64,000 nt of DNA, from positions 17,321-81,320 of the forward strand of contig JAOUMB010000001.1 of the NCBI GenBank assembly GCA_029881725.1. The letters are read 5' to 3'. The stretch is from Nitrospirota bacterium. Its GTDB lineage: Bacteria > Nitrospirota > JACRHL01. Each line of letters opens with the position of its first letter. Position 1 is the stretch's first letter. Below are positions 8,970 through 17,335 of the stretch, piece after piece. A model generated the notes under the pieces. It searched no databases. It saw nothing but the letters and a program-made list of their open reading frames with translations, and was not told the DNA's origin. The position numbers and the translations under genes are program-made.

Positions 8970-9625
8970 TGGCCCCCGAACACGTAGCCCTGGCCGCGCC
9001 GGGTCTGGATCATCTCCTTGCCCACCTTGTCGCGCAGGCGCTTGATGTAGACCTCGATCACGTTGCTGCCGCGCTCCGCGTCCAGGTCGTAGACATGTTC
9101 CTCCAGCCGCTCCTTGGACAGCACCCGCCCCCGGTTGAGCATCAGGGCGCGCAGCAGGCGGAACTCCACCCCGGTCAGGCGGTGGACGGTGCCGTTTACG
9201 GTGACCTGCTGGGTCTCCTCGTCCAGTTCCACCCCCTCCACCGCCAGCGGTCCCTGGGTGCGGCCCTGGCTGCGGCGGATCAGCGCCCCCATGCGGGCGA
9301 TCAGTTCCTTCATGTAAAACGGCTTGGACAGGTAATCGTCGGCTCCGGCGTCGAAGCCGTCCACCTTTTCATGCCACTGGCCGCGGGCGGTGAGCACGAT
9401 CACCGGCGTGGTGTTGCCCCGCTTGCGCCATGCCCGGAGTACGTCCAGCCCCGGTTTTCCCGGCAGACCCAGGTCGAGAATCACCGCGTCGTAGGGAAAC
9501 TGGTTGCCATAGATTTCGGCGCTTTCGCCGTTGCCGGTGCCGTCCACGGCGTAGCCCGATTTGGAAAGGGCGTCCGACAACTGGCTGCGCAACGATTCGT
9601 CGTCTTCAACCACCAGCACGCGCAT
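8966..9625 (-). CDS. OmpR/PhoB-family response regulator (REC + winged-helix DNA-binding domain)
   Basis: MRVLVVEDDESLRSQL...DAVILDLGLPGKPGLDVL...VIVLTARG receiver motifs. C-terminal wHTH (RLTGVEFRLLRALMLNRGRVLSKERLEEHVY...VIEVYIKRLRDKV). Confidence 0.9.
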   Translation of the reverse strand: MRVLVVEDDESLRSQLSDALSKSGYAVDGTGNGESAEIYGNQFPYDAVILDLGLPGKPGLDVLRAWRKRGNTTPVIVLTARGQWHEKVDGFDAGADDYLSKPFYMKELIARMGALIRRSQGRTQGPLAVEGVELDEETQQVTVNGTVHRLTGVEFRLLRALMLNRGRVLSKERLEEHVYDLDAERGSNVIEVYIKRLRDKVGKEMIQTRRGQGYVFGGQ

Positions 9626-9627
9626 GC

Positions 9628-9957
9628 TCAGTCCTCCTGCTCGCTGTCCAGAAGCTCGCCGGTGCGGGCGTCAAAAAAGAACTCCCACACCTCGCCGTCC
9701 TCGGTGAGCAGTTCGATCTCGTACACCAGCCGGTCGTCCCGCTCCTCCAGCTCCGCCTCCAGCAGTTCCCCCTTGCGCTCCTGCTGGGCACGTTCCAGCA
9801 GTTCCGACAGGGGCCGGATTTCGCCGGACATGCGCAGCTTGCGCATCTCGTCATATTCCAGGTCGCCGGCCAGTGCCGGGGCGCCACACCAGGGCGCCAC
9901 CAGCAGGGCCAGCAAAAGCGCCAGAATATGCCTGTGATCAGTCACGTTTCCTTCCAA
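9628..9957 (-). CDS. Small periplasmic PepSY-domain protein (YkoI-like)
   Basis: Signal peptide followed by a charged PepSY-like region (ELLEAELEERDDRLVYEIELLTEDGEVWEFFFDARTGELL). Sits immediately upstream of and overlapping the response regulator, as in many PepSY-two-component-system operons. Confidence 0.7.
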   Translation of the reverse strand: MEGNVTDHRHILALLLALLVAPWCGAPALAGDLEYDEMRKLRMSGEIRPLSELLERAQQERKGELLEAELEERDDRLVYEIELLTEDGEVWEFFFDARTGELLDSEQED

Positions 9958-10483
9958 ACCCGGGAATCACCACGTCGTGCTCGTTATAGTAGCCCTCCGC
10001 GGCCCGGGTGTGGCAAGCATTGCAGTTGGCAATGGTCTTGACCTCCGGGTTGTCGGCCAGCTTGCGCCGGGGAATTTCATTGTGCTCGTGACGGATGAAC
10101 GGAATGTCCGAAATCCGCTGCGGGGCGTCGATGCCCTTTTTGGCCAGCGAGCGCATGATGCGGGCGGAGCGCTTGTTGTCCACCCGGTCGGCGGCGTTTT
10201 CGGCCAGATAGGCGGTAATTTCGGCCTGATCCCCGGGGGGCAGTTCCGCGTTGTCGCCAAAGTGATCCGCCAGCCCGCCCATCAGGTTGCGCCAGCTCTT
10301 TTCGGGCAGCAGGCCCGGTTGGTAGGCAAAGTGGCAGGCGCCGCACTCCTCCGCGTACAGGGGGTTGGTGACCACCCCCACGCTGGAGCCCTTTTTGCTG
10401 CCGCCATCCGCATAAACCAGCGACATGCTGCCCATGAAGATGGCCACCCCCAGTGCCGTTGCGATCCAGTGTCGTGTTTGCAT
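9938..10483 (-). CDS. Periplasmic diheme cytochrome c
   Basis: Two CxxCH heme motifs (CGACH, CNACH) after a signal peptide. Start placed at the second ATG (MQTRHW), which has a GAAGGAG Shine-Dalgarno sequence 5 nt upstream. Confidence 0.75.
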   Translation of the reverse strand: MQTRHWIATALGVAIFMGSMSLVYADGGSKKGSSVGVVTNPLYAEECGACHFAYQPGLLPEKSWRNLMGGLADHFGDNAELPPGDQAEITAYLAENAADRVDNKRSARIMRSLAKKGIDAPQRISDIPFIRHEHNEIPRRKLADNPEVKTIANCNACHTRAAEGYYNEHDVVIPGFGRKRD

Positions 10484-10508
10484 ATGAGCTCCTTCGGTTT
10501 GCATGGCC

Positions 10509-11521
10509 TTACTGGGCCTGAATGAACATCAGCACGTCGCCCTTTTCCTGGGGCGTGCATTCGCGGCCAAGGGTCTCCTTGCAGTTCCGCAGGAGCCATT
10601 TTTCGATCTTTTTCACATCGGTCAGCCGATCGGGCTGCACCGAGGGGGCAATGGGATCGATGGGTTTTCCGGTCTTCTTGTGCTTGCCGGGTTTGGTCAT
10701 GTCGGCGGTGTGGCAGTCGGCACACTGGGTCTTTTTGCCCTCGACCGTATAGGTTCCGTTCCACAGGGTGCGTCCGGCCTCCACGGTGAACGGCCCGGCC
10801 CCCTGGGCCCGGTAGGCGTCCAGCCGGTCCGGCACCATGGATTGCCCGGCCAGGCCCTGCCCGGCGGCGGCCAGCACCAGCAGCAACACCACCCCGGCGG
10901 CGGCCCGCCCCTTCCAGGCGCCAGCGGCCCCCGTTTCGTCGTCATCGGTATCCATGTGCACCTCTTTGCGGCCCGTGACCATGGCACGGATCAGGTTTTC
11001 ACGATGAACGAACGAACTGGCCAGAATCCCCGCCAGATGCAGGCCCACCAGGAACAGGGTAAACCCGGCGAGCACCTCGTGGGCCTCTTCCAGCGGGTCC
11101 TCCAGATCGTGGTAGGGAGCCATGACGGCGGCCATCGGCCCCTGCCCCTCGTCCGCCCCGTACAGCATCATACCGCTGACCCCGGTGAGGGTGAGCGACA
11201 CCAGCAGGGCGATGACCATCCACGCGGCGGCCGGGTTGTGGCCCACATAGGCCTTGCCCCGGAACAGGGCCAGATCCTTCAGATAGGCCAGCGCCGCGCC
11301 GGGGCTGCGCACGAAGCTGGTAAAGCGGGCATGGCGGGTGCCGATCACCCCCCACACCAGACGGAACGCGACCAGCCCCATGATGAGGTAACCGGCGGTG
11401 GTGTGCAGGTCGGCAAAATCGTCCTCGGCGGTGAGCCAGGCCACCGCGAATGCGGTTACCAGCGACCAGTGAAAGATTCGCACCAGCGGATCCCAGACCT
11501 TGACGGTTTTTCGCGGATTCA
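10509..11521 (-). CDS. Cytochrome b561-family membrane cytochrome with a fused C-terminal periplasmic monoheme c-type domain
   Basis: Start placed at MNPRKTVKVWDPLVRIFHWSLV (GGAGG 5 nt upstream). Four TM segments with conserved His residues typical of the b561/Ni-Fe-hydrogenase b-type cytochrome family. C-terminal about 110 aa contains CADCH and resembles small DUF1924-type cytochrome c proteins that are normally separate genes. Confidence 0.75.
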
Positions 11522-11643
11522 TACTGCCTCCATAACTTCCGCCGGGCGAATATCCGGCGCGGGCCAAAACGTGAAGGGCGGCAAAATCGCAGCTCCCGAA
11601 AAGGAGGAGACGGAGCCACGATCCGCCGCCCTTGGAACCAATA

Positions 11644-11722
11644 TGCCAGTCGAATCTGAACGGAGCCTGAACAGAATTCAGATTTGTGCGGCTCCAGCGC
11701 TCCAGCGCTCCGGTGCTGCGCA
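11644..11722. promoter_or_regulatory. Nested inverted repeats (CGGAGCC...GGCTCC flanking CTGAAcagaaTTCAG) followed by four degenerate 8-bp direct repeats (CTCCAGCG) and a T9 run, in the 505-bp divergent intergenic region
   Basis: Read directly: cgaatctgaacggagcctgaacagaattcagatttgtgcggctccagcgctccagcgctccggtgctgcgcactcggcgattttttttt. Lies 120-200 bp upstream of the b561 gene start and about 300 bp upstream of the plus-strand methyltransferase-like gene. Confidence 0.3.
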
Positions 11723-12026
11723 CTCGGCGATTTTTTTTTGGGGGAGGGTGGAGCGGGGGGATTGTTCAACAGCAGGTGGCGGATGGCGCCACACCCCCCG
11801 GTTATTCCGGGGGAGCGCCGTTTATATGAGCACATCCGGACCGGCAAAACCATTCCATTTGTGTTACCATGGCCGACAGTGGGTTGCACCTCACCCGATA
11901 TCCCATCGATTTCCCCCGCCATTTTTATGTTTATGCATCCGGGAACCGGCACGGATGTCACAGGCGTTCCCACGCGACTTTATTGCGCCACAAGGGCCAA
12001 ATTGCTACACACCACGGAGCGAATTC

Positions 12027-12890
12027 ATGTCGAACGAAGCTGTATTTGAGGAAATCAATGAGGTAAAGGCCGACATGGATTACATCTACAATCAGGCTGA
12101 TCCAAGATCTTATTTTCGTGAGTTGCAAAAGCTGAACTATGCGATTCCGGACAGCGCCAAACCGGTGCTTCAAAAGCTGATTGAACACATGCAAAAAAAC
12201 CGCCCCGACACCCTGCACGTGCTGGATCTCGGCTGTTCCTACGGCATCAACGCGGCCATTCTCAAGCACGATCTGTCCATGGACGATCTGTATGCGCACT
12301 GGGGGGATCTTGCCGACGCCACCACCCCGGAGCTGGTGGCCCATGACCAGCGCTATTTCGCCAGCCTTGATGATTCCCGGGACATCGAGGTGATCGGGCT
12401 CGACCAGGCCGATCAGGCGGTTGCGTTCGCCGAGGAGGTGGGCCTGCTGGGCGACAGCCTGGTGACCAACCTGGAAACCGATCCCCTGTCGGCCGCCGAG
12501 AAGGAAGAACTGGCGCCGGTGGATCTGATGATGTCCACCGGGTGCGTGGGCTACCTGACCGAAAAGAGCTTTGACCGCTTGCTCCCCGCCGTAACCGCGG
12601 GGCGGAAGCCGTGGATCGCCAACTTCGTGCTGCGCCTGTTCCCCTTCGATGCCATTGAGAAATCCATGGAAAAATGGGGATACGTCACCGAGAAACTGGC
12701 TGGAAGAACCTTCTTCCAGCGCCGTTTCGCCTCGGATCAGGAACAGGAGCAGGTGCTCCGCCAGTTGCGGGAGCGCGGCATCGACCCCACCGGCATGGAG
12801 GCCGAGGGGCACTTTCTGGCCGAGTTCTATCTGTCCCGTCCCAGGCAGGATGCGTTGGAGATGCCCATCGGGGATCTGCTTCCCGCCTGA
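12027..12890 (+). CDS. Class I SAM-dependent methyltransferase-like protein
   Basis: Motif I-like VLDLGCSYGINAA. Genuine 3' portion of an otherwise artefactual 795-aa ORF; start placed at MSNEAVFEEI. 287 aa. Function unknown. Confidence 0.6.
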   Translation: MSNEAVFEEINEVKADMDYIYNQADPRSYFRELQKLNYAIPDSAKPVLQKLIEHMQKNRPDTLHVLDLGCSYGINAAILKHDLSMDDLYAHWGDLADATTPELVAHDQRYFASLDDSRDIEVIGLDQADQAVAFAEEVGLLGDSLVTNLETDPLSAAEKEELAPVDLMMSTGCVGYLTEKSFDRLLPAVTAGRKPWIANFVLRLFPFDAIEKSMEKWGYVTEKLAGRTFFQRRFASDQEQEQVLRQLRERGIDPTGMEAEGHFLAEFYLSRPRQDALEMPIGDLLPA

Positions 12891-13106
12891 TCCAATCCGC
12901 CCTAACCGTCCGCACTCCGAAATCCCCCCACGGCAGACACCGCCGGAAAGGACTCGCCATCCATTCCGCATTGGCGATCATCGATGGACCATGCTTTTGG
13001 GGACGGTCTGGTGCGGGCTCGGCCGCGCAAATTGACTGGGCCGGATTTGCACCGGGCGGTCCGCTGGTGTAGAAATAGCTACCCTCGTGGCTCCAAGGAA
13101 TCCGAA

Positions 13107-13529
13107 ATGCTCTGGATCAAATCCTTACATATCATCTTTATGGTCAGCTGGTTCGCCGGGCTGTTTTACCTGCCCCGCATTTTCGTCTATCACGCCGGGC
13201 ACCCGTCCGGGCCGGTGCACGATCAATTCTGCGTGATGGAGCGCAAGCTGTACCGCTTCATCATGAACCCGGCCATGATCCTTACCGCCGTATTCGGCCT
13301 GTGGCTGGGGTGGATCGGCTGGGCCTGGCTGGCCCACAGCGGCTGGTTCTGGGCAAAAATGGCGCTGATCGTCGGGCTGATCGCCTACCACCTGTGGTGC
13401 GGGCGCATCGTGGACACCTTTGCCGCCGGGGAAAACACCCGTCCCCACACCTTCTACCGGGTGTTTAACGAACTGCCCACCCTGGTGCTGATCGCCGCGG
13501 TGATTCTGGCCGTGGTCAAACCGTTCTGA
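13107..13529 (+). CDS. hemJ: Protoporphyrinogen IX oxidase HemJ (UPF0093/CopD-like family)
   Basis: Start placed at MLWIKSLHIIFMVSWFAGLFYLPRIFVYHA (AAGGAA 7 nt upstream). 140-aa protein with four TM segments. The N-terminal motif is characteristic of HemJ. Confidence 0.75.
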   Translation: MLWIKSLHIIFMVSWFAGLFYLPRIFVYHAGHPSGPVHDQFCVMERKLYRFIMNPAMILTAVFGLWLGWIGWAWLAHSGWFWAKMALIVGLIAYHLWCGRIVDTFAAGENTRPHTFYRVFNELPTLVLIAAVILAVVKPF

Positions 13530-13542
13530 TCGCCTCTTTACC

Positions 13543-14550
13543 GTGACCCACGGCGACCCCCCCAAGAAAAAACTGCGCCGCGCGGTGCGCATGCACGGCC
13601 TGAAGTGGGGCATGACCCGCGTGCTGGGCGCGACCCTCATGACCCTGCTGGTGGCCGGTGCCGTGTCCCTGGAAGGGCAGCACGTTTGGCAGGAGTGGGA
13701 CCAGCACAACCATCCCCCCCCCGGCGTGCGGGTGGATGTGGGCGGCTACCACCTGCACGTGAACTGCATCGGCACCGGGGAGACGACCGTGGTGCTGGAA
13801 GGCGGCGCCGGAGAGTGGTCGATCCACTGGATGCCGGTAATGGCCCGCCTCGCCGCCCACACCCGCGTGTGCGCCTACGACCGGGGCGGCTACGGCTGGA
13901 GCGACCCCGGCCCGCGCCCGCGCAGCGCCATGCGGCTGGCCGAGGAACTGTCCATGGCCCTGCACGAACTGCGCGAGGACGGCCCGCTGGTGCTGGTGGC
14001 CCACGCCGAAGGGTTCGCCATCGCCTCCCACTTTGCCCGCCGCCACCCGGACCGGGTGACCTCGCTGGTGCTGGTGGACGCCATTCCACCCCCCTTGGCG
14101 CCGTTGCGCGAGCAGGCGGGAAAACGTCTGCTGGCACGCCTGGAATATTCCCTGCCGTGGGCCCATTTCGGCACCGGCCACCTGACCGGTCCGCCCGCAC
14201 GGCTGACCCGTCCACCGCAGGCGGATACCTGGCGGCGGCAGACCGCCTATCCCGGTTTTTATGAAACCTATGTGGCCGAGTTCACCCGGCTGCTGGAGCG
14301 GACCGCCACACCGGACCTGTCCCCGGCCCTGCCGCGGGTGGTGGTGTTCAGCCAGACCCCCGAAACCCGCGACCCGGCCCCGGAAATGACCGCCGCCGTG
14401 TACAACGAGGTGTGGAACACCCGCCAGCGCGATTATGTATACGGCATGCCGGAGCGGGCCTTTGCGGTGCCCGGAGGCAGCCACCTGCCGCTGGAACAGC
14501 CGGATGCGGTGGTGCGGGCGGTGGTGATGGCGCTGGGGGACGGCGCGTAG
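13543..14550 (+). CDS. Alpha/beta-hydrolase fold protein (probably membrane-anchored or secreted)
   Basis: Hydrophobic N-terminus, nucleophile-elbow-like region (VLVAHAEGFAIA), overall alpha/beta hydrolase pattern. GTG start; the alternative ATG at 13591 (MHGLKWGMTRVLG) is equally plausible. Confidence 0.7.
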   Translation: MTHGDPPKKKLRRAVRMHGLKWGMTRVLGATLMTLLVAGAVSLEGQHVWQEWDQHNHPPPGVRVDVGGYHLHVNCIGTGETTVVLEGGAGEWSIHWMPVMARLAAHTRVCAYDRGGYGWSDPGPRPRSAMRLAEELSMALHELREDGPLVLVAHAEGFAIASHFARRHPDRVTSLVLVDAIPPPLAPLREQAGKRLLARLEYSLPWAHFGTGHLTGPPARLTRPPQADTWRRQTAYPGFYETYVAEFTRLLERTATPDLSPALPRVVVFSQTPETRDPAPEMTAAVYNEVWNTRQRDYVYGMPERAFAVPGGSHLPLEQPDAVVRAVVMALGDGA

Positions 14551-14565
14551 CGTTCCGCCGGGCGG

Positions 14566-15438
14566 TCAGTTGCCGCCGTCGCTGACGACGGGGACCAGGG
14601 AGCGGGCCTCCAGCAGATCACGGACCCGCTCCGAGGTGGCAAACGCGATGAACTCTTTGGCCAGTCCTTGCGGCGGCCCGGTGGTGACCAGCGCAAGCTG
14701 GCGCGACAAGGGGAACCGGCCTTCCCGAACGGCGGCGGTGGAGGCCTGCACGCCGCCCACCCGCAGCAGGCGGATGGGCATCCCGGCATCCATTTGCTGC
14801 TCCGCGGCCCCCACCGACACATAGCCGATGGCCAATGGGTCCCCGGCCACGGCCCGGACCCCCTGGGCGTTGTCACGGGTGACCACCTGGGCGCGGATGT
14901 CGCCGTCCTTCAGGCCGTAATAATTCAGAAACAGTTCGTGGGCGGGGCGCCCGGCGGCCGCGTGCACCACCGTAATCGGCCCCGAAATCCCGCCCAGTTG
15001 CGACCAGTCGGTGACGGCGCCGGTATAAATGGCGATCACCTCCTCGTCGGAAAGGGGCAGCACCCGGTTGGCCGCGTGCACGATCAGGCCCACCGCATCC
15101 CGCGCCAGGGCAAAGCCGGTCAGGTCCTTTTCGCTGTCGTACAGGGGGCGCGCCACCATGCCGATGTGGGCCACTCCGGCGCGCAGGGCGTGAAGGCCGT
15201 TTCCGCCGCCATCGGTGCGCACCTCCACCCGCACGCCGGGGTAGACTTTCTCGAACCGATGGGCAATCTCCGCCGCCAGCGGCGCCACCGCGCCGGATCC
15301 GGTCAGCACCAGTTTCCCATCGTGCGCCGGGGCGCCCGCGCCGCCGGAGGCGTGCTCCTCCGCCACCGGCGCCTGGCTGCATGCCGCCGCCCACAGGCCA
15401 CAGGCAAGCGCCAGCGCGGCGCATAACCTCCGTGTCAT
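14566..15438 (-). CDS. PstS-family (PBP-like) phosphate/anion-binding lipoprotein, stand-alone
   Basis: Lipobox LAACS. Similarity to periplasmic phosphate-binding proteins (VLTGSGAVAPL, GYVSVGAA). No adjacent permease genes. Confidence 0.7.
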   Translation of the reverse strand: MTRRLCAALALACGLWAAACSQAPVAEEHASGGAGAPAHDGKLVLTGSGAVAPLAAEIAHRFEKVYPGVRVEVRTDGGGNGLHALRAGVAHIGMVARPLYDSEKDLTGFALARDAVGLIVHAANRVLPLSDEEVIAIYTGAVTDWSQLGGISGPITVVHAAAGRPAHELFLNYYGLKDGDIRAQVVTRDNAQGVRAVAGDPLAIGYVSVGAAEQQMDAGMPIRLLRVGGVQASTAAVREGRFPLSRQLALVTTGPPQGLAKEFIAFATSERVRDLLEARSLVPVVSDGGN

Positions 15439-15639
15439 GACGTCCCTTCCCTCTCCATATTCCCTCCGGCACGGACCGCGTGCGTCGGGGTTCCCGCAAG
15501 GGAGGGTACCCTACCCCGCGCTCCGGATAAAGCGCCGCACGCCTTCCAGTCGCTTTTTTGCCCCCCGGCGGACCGGTACTGGCGGCATCGCCGGGCAACC
15601 CGTTACCCTTGCACCTCCCCCTTCAGGAGATCCGCACCC

Positions 15640-16302
15640 ATGTCACGCAAGACCATCGGCCTGCCAGGCCCGTTGTATCGCTACCTGCTCGACAACTCCC
15701 TGCGGGAGCCGGAGGGGCTGCAATCCCTGCGTGCCGAAACCGCCACCCGGCCCGACGCCCGCATGCAGACCGCCCCGGAACAGGGCCAGTTCATGGCCAT
15801 GCTGGTGCGCCTGACCGGCGCCGTGAACGCGTTGGAAATCGGCGTGTACACCGGCTACTCCGCCGCCTGCGTGGCCCTGGCCCTGCCTCCGGAGGGGCGG
15901 CTGACGGCCATCGACGCGGACCCCGAAACCTCGGCTACGGCCCTTCGCCACTGGCGGGAACTGGGGGTGGCGGACAAAATCGACCTGCATGTGGGCGACG
16001 CCACCGCCGAACTGGACCGGCTGCTGGCCGCAGGGGCCCCGGACCGCTTCGACTTCGCCTTCATCGACGCGGACAAGGTCAACTACCCGGGATATTTCGA
16101 GCGGTGCCTGACCCTGGTGCGTCCCGGCGGGCTGATCTGCATCGACAACGTGCTGTGGTCCGGCCGGGTGGCCGACCCCGCCCACGACGACCCGTCCACC
16201 CGCGCCATCCGCGCATTCAACAAGGCGCTGCACACGGATGAGCGGGTGGACATCTCGCTGGTGCCCATCGCCGACGGCCTCACCCTGGCGCGCCGGAAAT
16301 GA
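15640..16302 (+). CDS. Class I SAM-dependent O-methyltransferase (caffeoyl-CoA OMT / YrrM-like)
   Basis: LEIGVYTGYSAACVALALPPEGRLTAIDAD and FDFAFIDADKVNYPGYFE motifs typical of cation-dependent O-methyltransferases. Confidence 0.8.
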   Translation: MSRKTIGLPGPLYRYLLDNSLREPEGLQSLRAETATRPDARMQTAPEQGQFMAMLVRLTGAVNALEIGVYTGYSAACVALALPPEGRLTAIDADPETSATALRHWRELGVADKIDLHVGDATAELDRLLAAGAPDRFDFAFIDADKVNYPGYFERCLTLVRPGGLICIDNVLWSGRVADPAHDDPSTRAIRAFNKALHTDERVDISLVPIADGLTLARRK

Positions 16303-17231
16303 CCGGAGCGCACCGCCTCGCCCGCTGGGCCGGATACGCCCAGGACGGATTTGTTATCTGGGTGGTGCTGGGCGCCGCGTGGGGGTATGCGTGGCCCGAG
16401 GCCGCCGCCCCCGGCAAGGGGTGGATTCCGGAGGCGCTGGCGGTGGTGATGCTTGGCATGGGCCTCACCCTGCGCCCGTCGGACGTGGCCGCCCTGCGCC
16501 ATGCGGGAAGGGCGGTACTGACCGGGATCGGCCTGCAATTTCTGGTCATGCCGCTGGCCGCCTGGGGGGTGGCGCGGACCCTGGGCCTGCCGCCGGAACT
16601 GGCGGTGGGCCTGCTGCTGGTGGGGGCCGCGCCCGGCGGCACCGCGTCCAACGTGGTGGCCTTTCTGGCCCGGGGCGACGTGGCCCTGTCGGTAACCATG
16701 ACCACCGCCTCCACCCTGCTGGCGCCGTTGCTCACCCCCCTGTGGGTGGGGGTGCTGGCCGCCACCTGGATCGACATCGATCCGCTGCTGCTGGCGCTTA
16801 CCGTGGCCAAAATCGTGCTGGCGCCGGTGGCCGCCGGGGTGTTGCTCCGGCGCTGGTGGACTCCCGCCCCCTGGCTGCCGGAACGCCTCCTGCCGCTGCT
16901 GTCCATGGCCGCCATTGTGTGGATTGTCGGCGTCATCACCGCCCTCAATCACGACCGGCTGGGGGTGGCTCCGCTGGTGCTGCTGGCGGTGGTGCTGGTC
17001 AACGCAACGGGGCTGGCACTGGGCTACGCCGGGGCCCGCGCCGCCGGGCTGCCGGAGCGCGCCCGGCGCACCGTGGCGCTGGAAGTGGGCATGCAGAACT
17101 CCGGGCTGGCGGTGGCGCTGGCAGTGGTCCACTTCGGGCCGCTGGCGGCAATTCCGGGGGCATTGTTCAGCATCTGGCACAACATCAGCGGACCGCTACT
17201 GGCCGTCGTCTGGCGACGGAATCCGCCATAG
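16299..17231 (+). CDS. Bile acid:sodium symporter (BASS) family transporter
   Basis: 310 aa, roughly 9-10 TM segments, GLQFLVMPL and AAPGGTASNVVAFLARGDVALSV motifs. 4-bp overlap (ATGA) with the upstream methyltransferase. Confidence 0.8.
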   Translation: MTGAHRLARWAGYAQDGFVIWVVLGAAWGYAWPEAAAPGKGWIPEALAVVMLGMGLTLRPSDVAALRHAGRAVLTGIGLQFLVMPLAAWGVARTLGLPPELAVGLLLVGAAPGGTASNVVAFLARGDVALSVTMTTASTLLAPLLTPLWVGVLAATWIDIDPLLLALTVAKIVLAPVAAGVLLRRWWTPAPWLPERLLPLLSMAAIVWIVGVITALNHDRLGVAPLVLLAVVLVNATGLALGYAGARAAGLPERARRTVALEVGMQNSGLAVALAVVHFGPLAAIPGALFSIWHNISGPLLAVVWRRNPP

Positions 17232-17335
17232 AGTGCCCATAGATTTTCCAGATATTTCGCGTCCCGAAGGTCGAATTCACTCAACACCCGTCCCCCGTGC
17301 ACCGATAAGGGGGGAAGTCTGTTTCGTGCCCCAGA

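Noticed and set aside
10503-12890. 795-aa plus-strand ORF spanning the cytochrome genes and the intergenic region
   Set aside because: It is antisense to two well-supported minus-strand cytochrome genes and reads through a 500-bp promoter region. Only its last 287 codons (12027-12890, a methyltransferase-like gene with its own start) look genuine. This is a typical high-GC read-through artefact.
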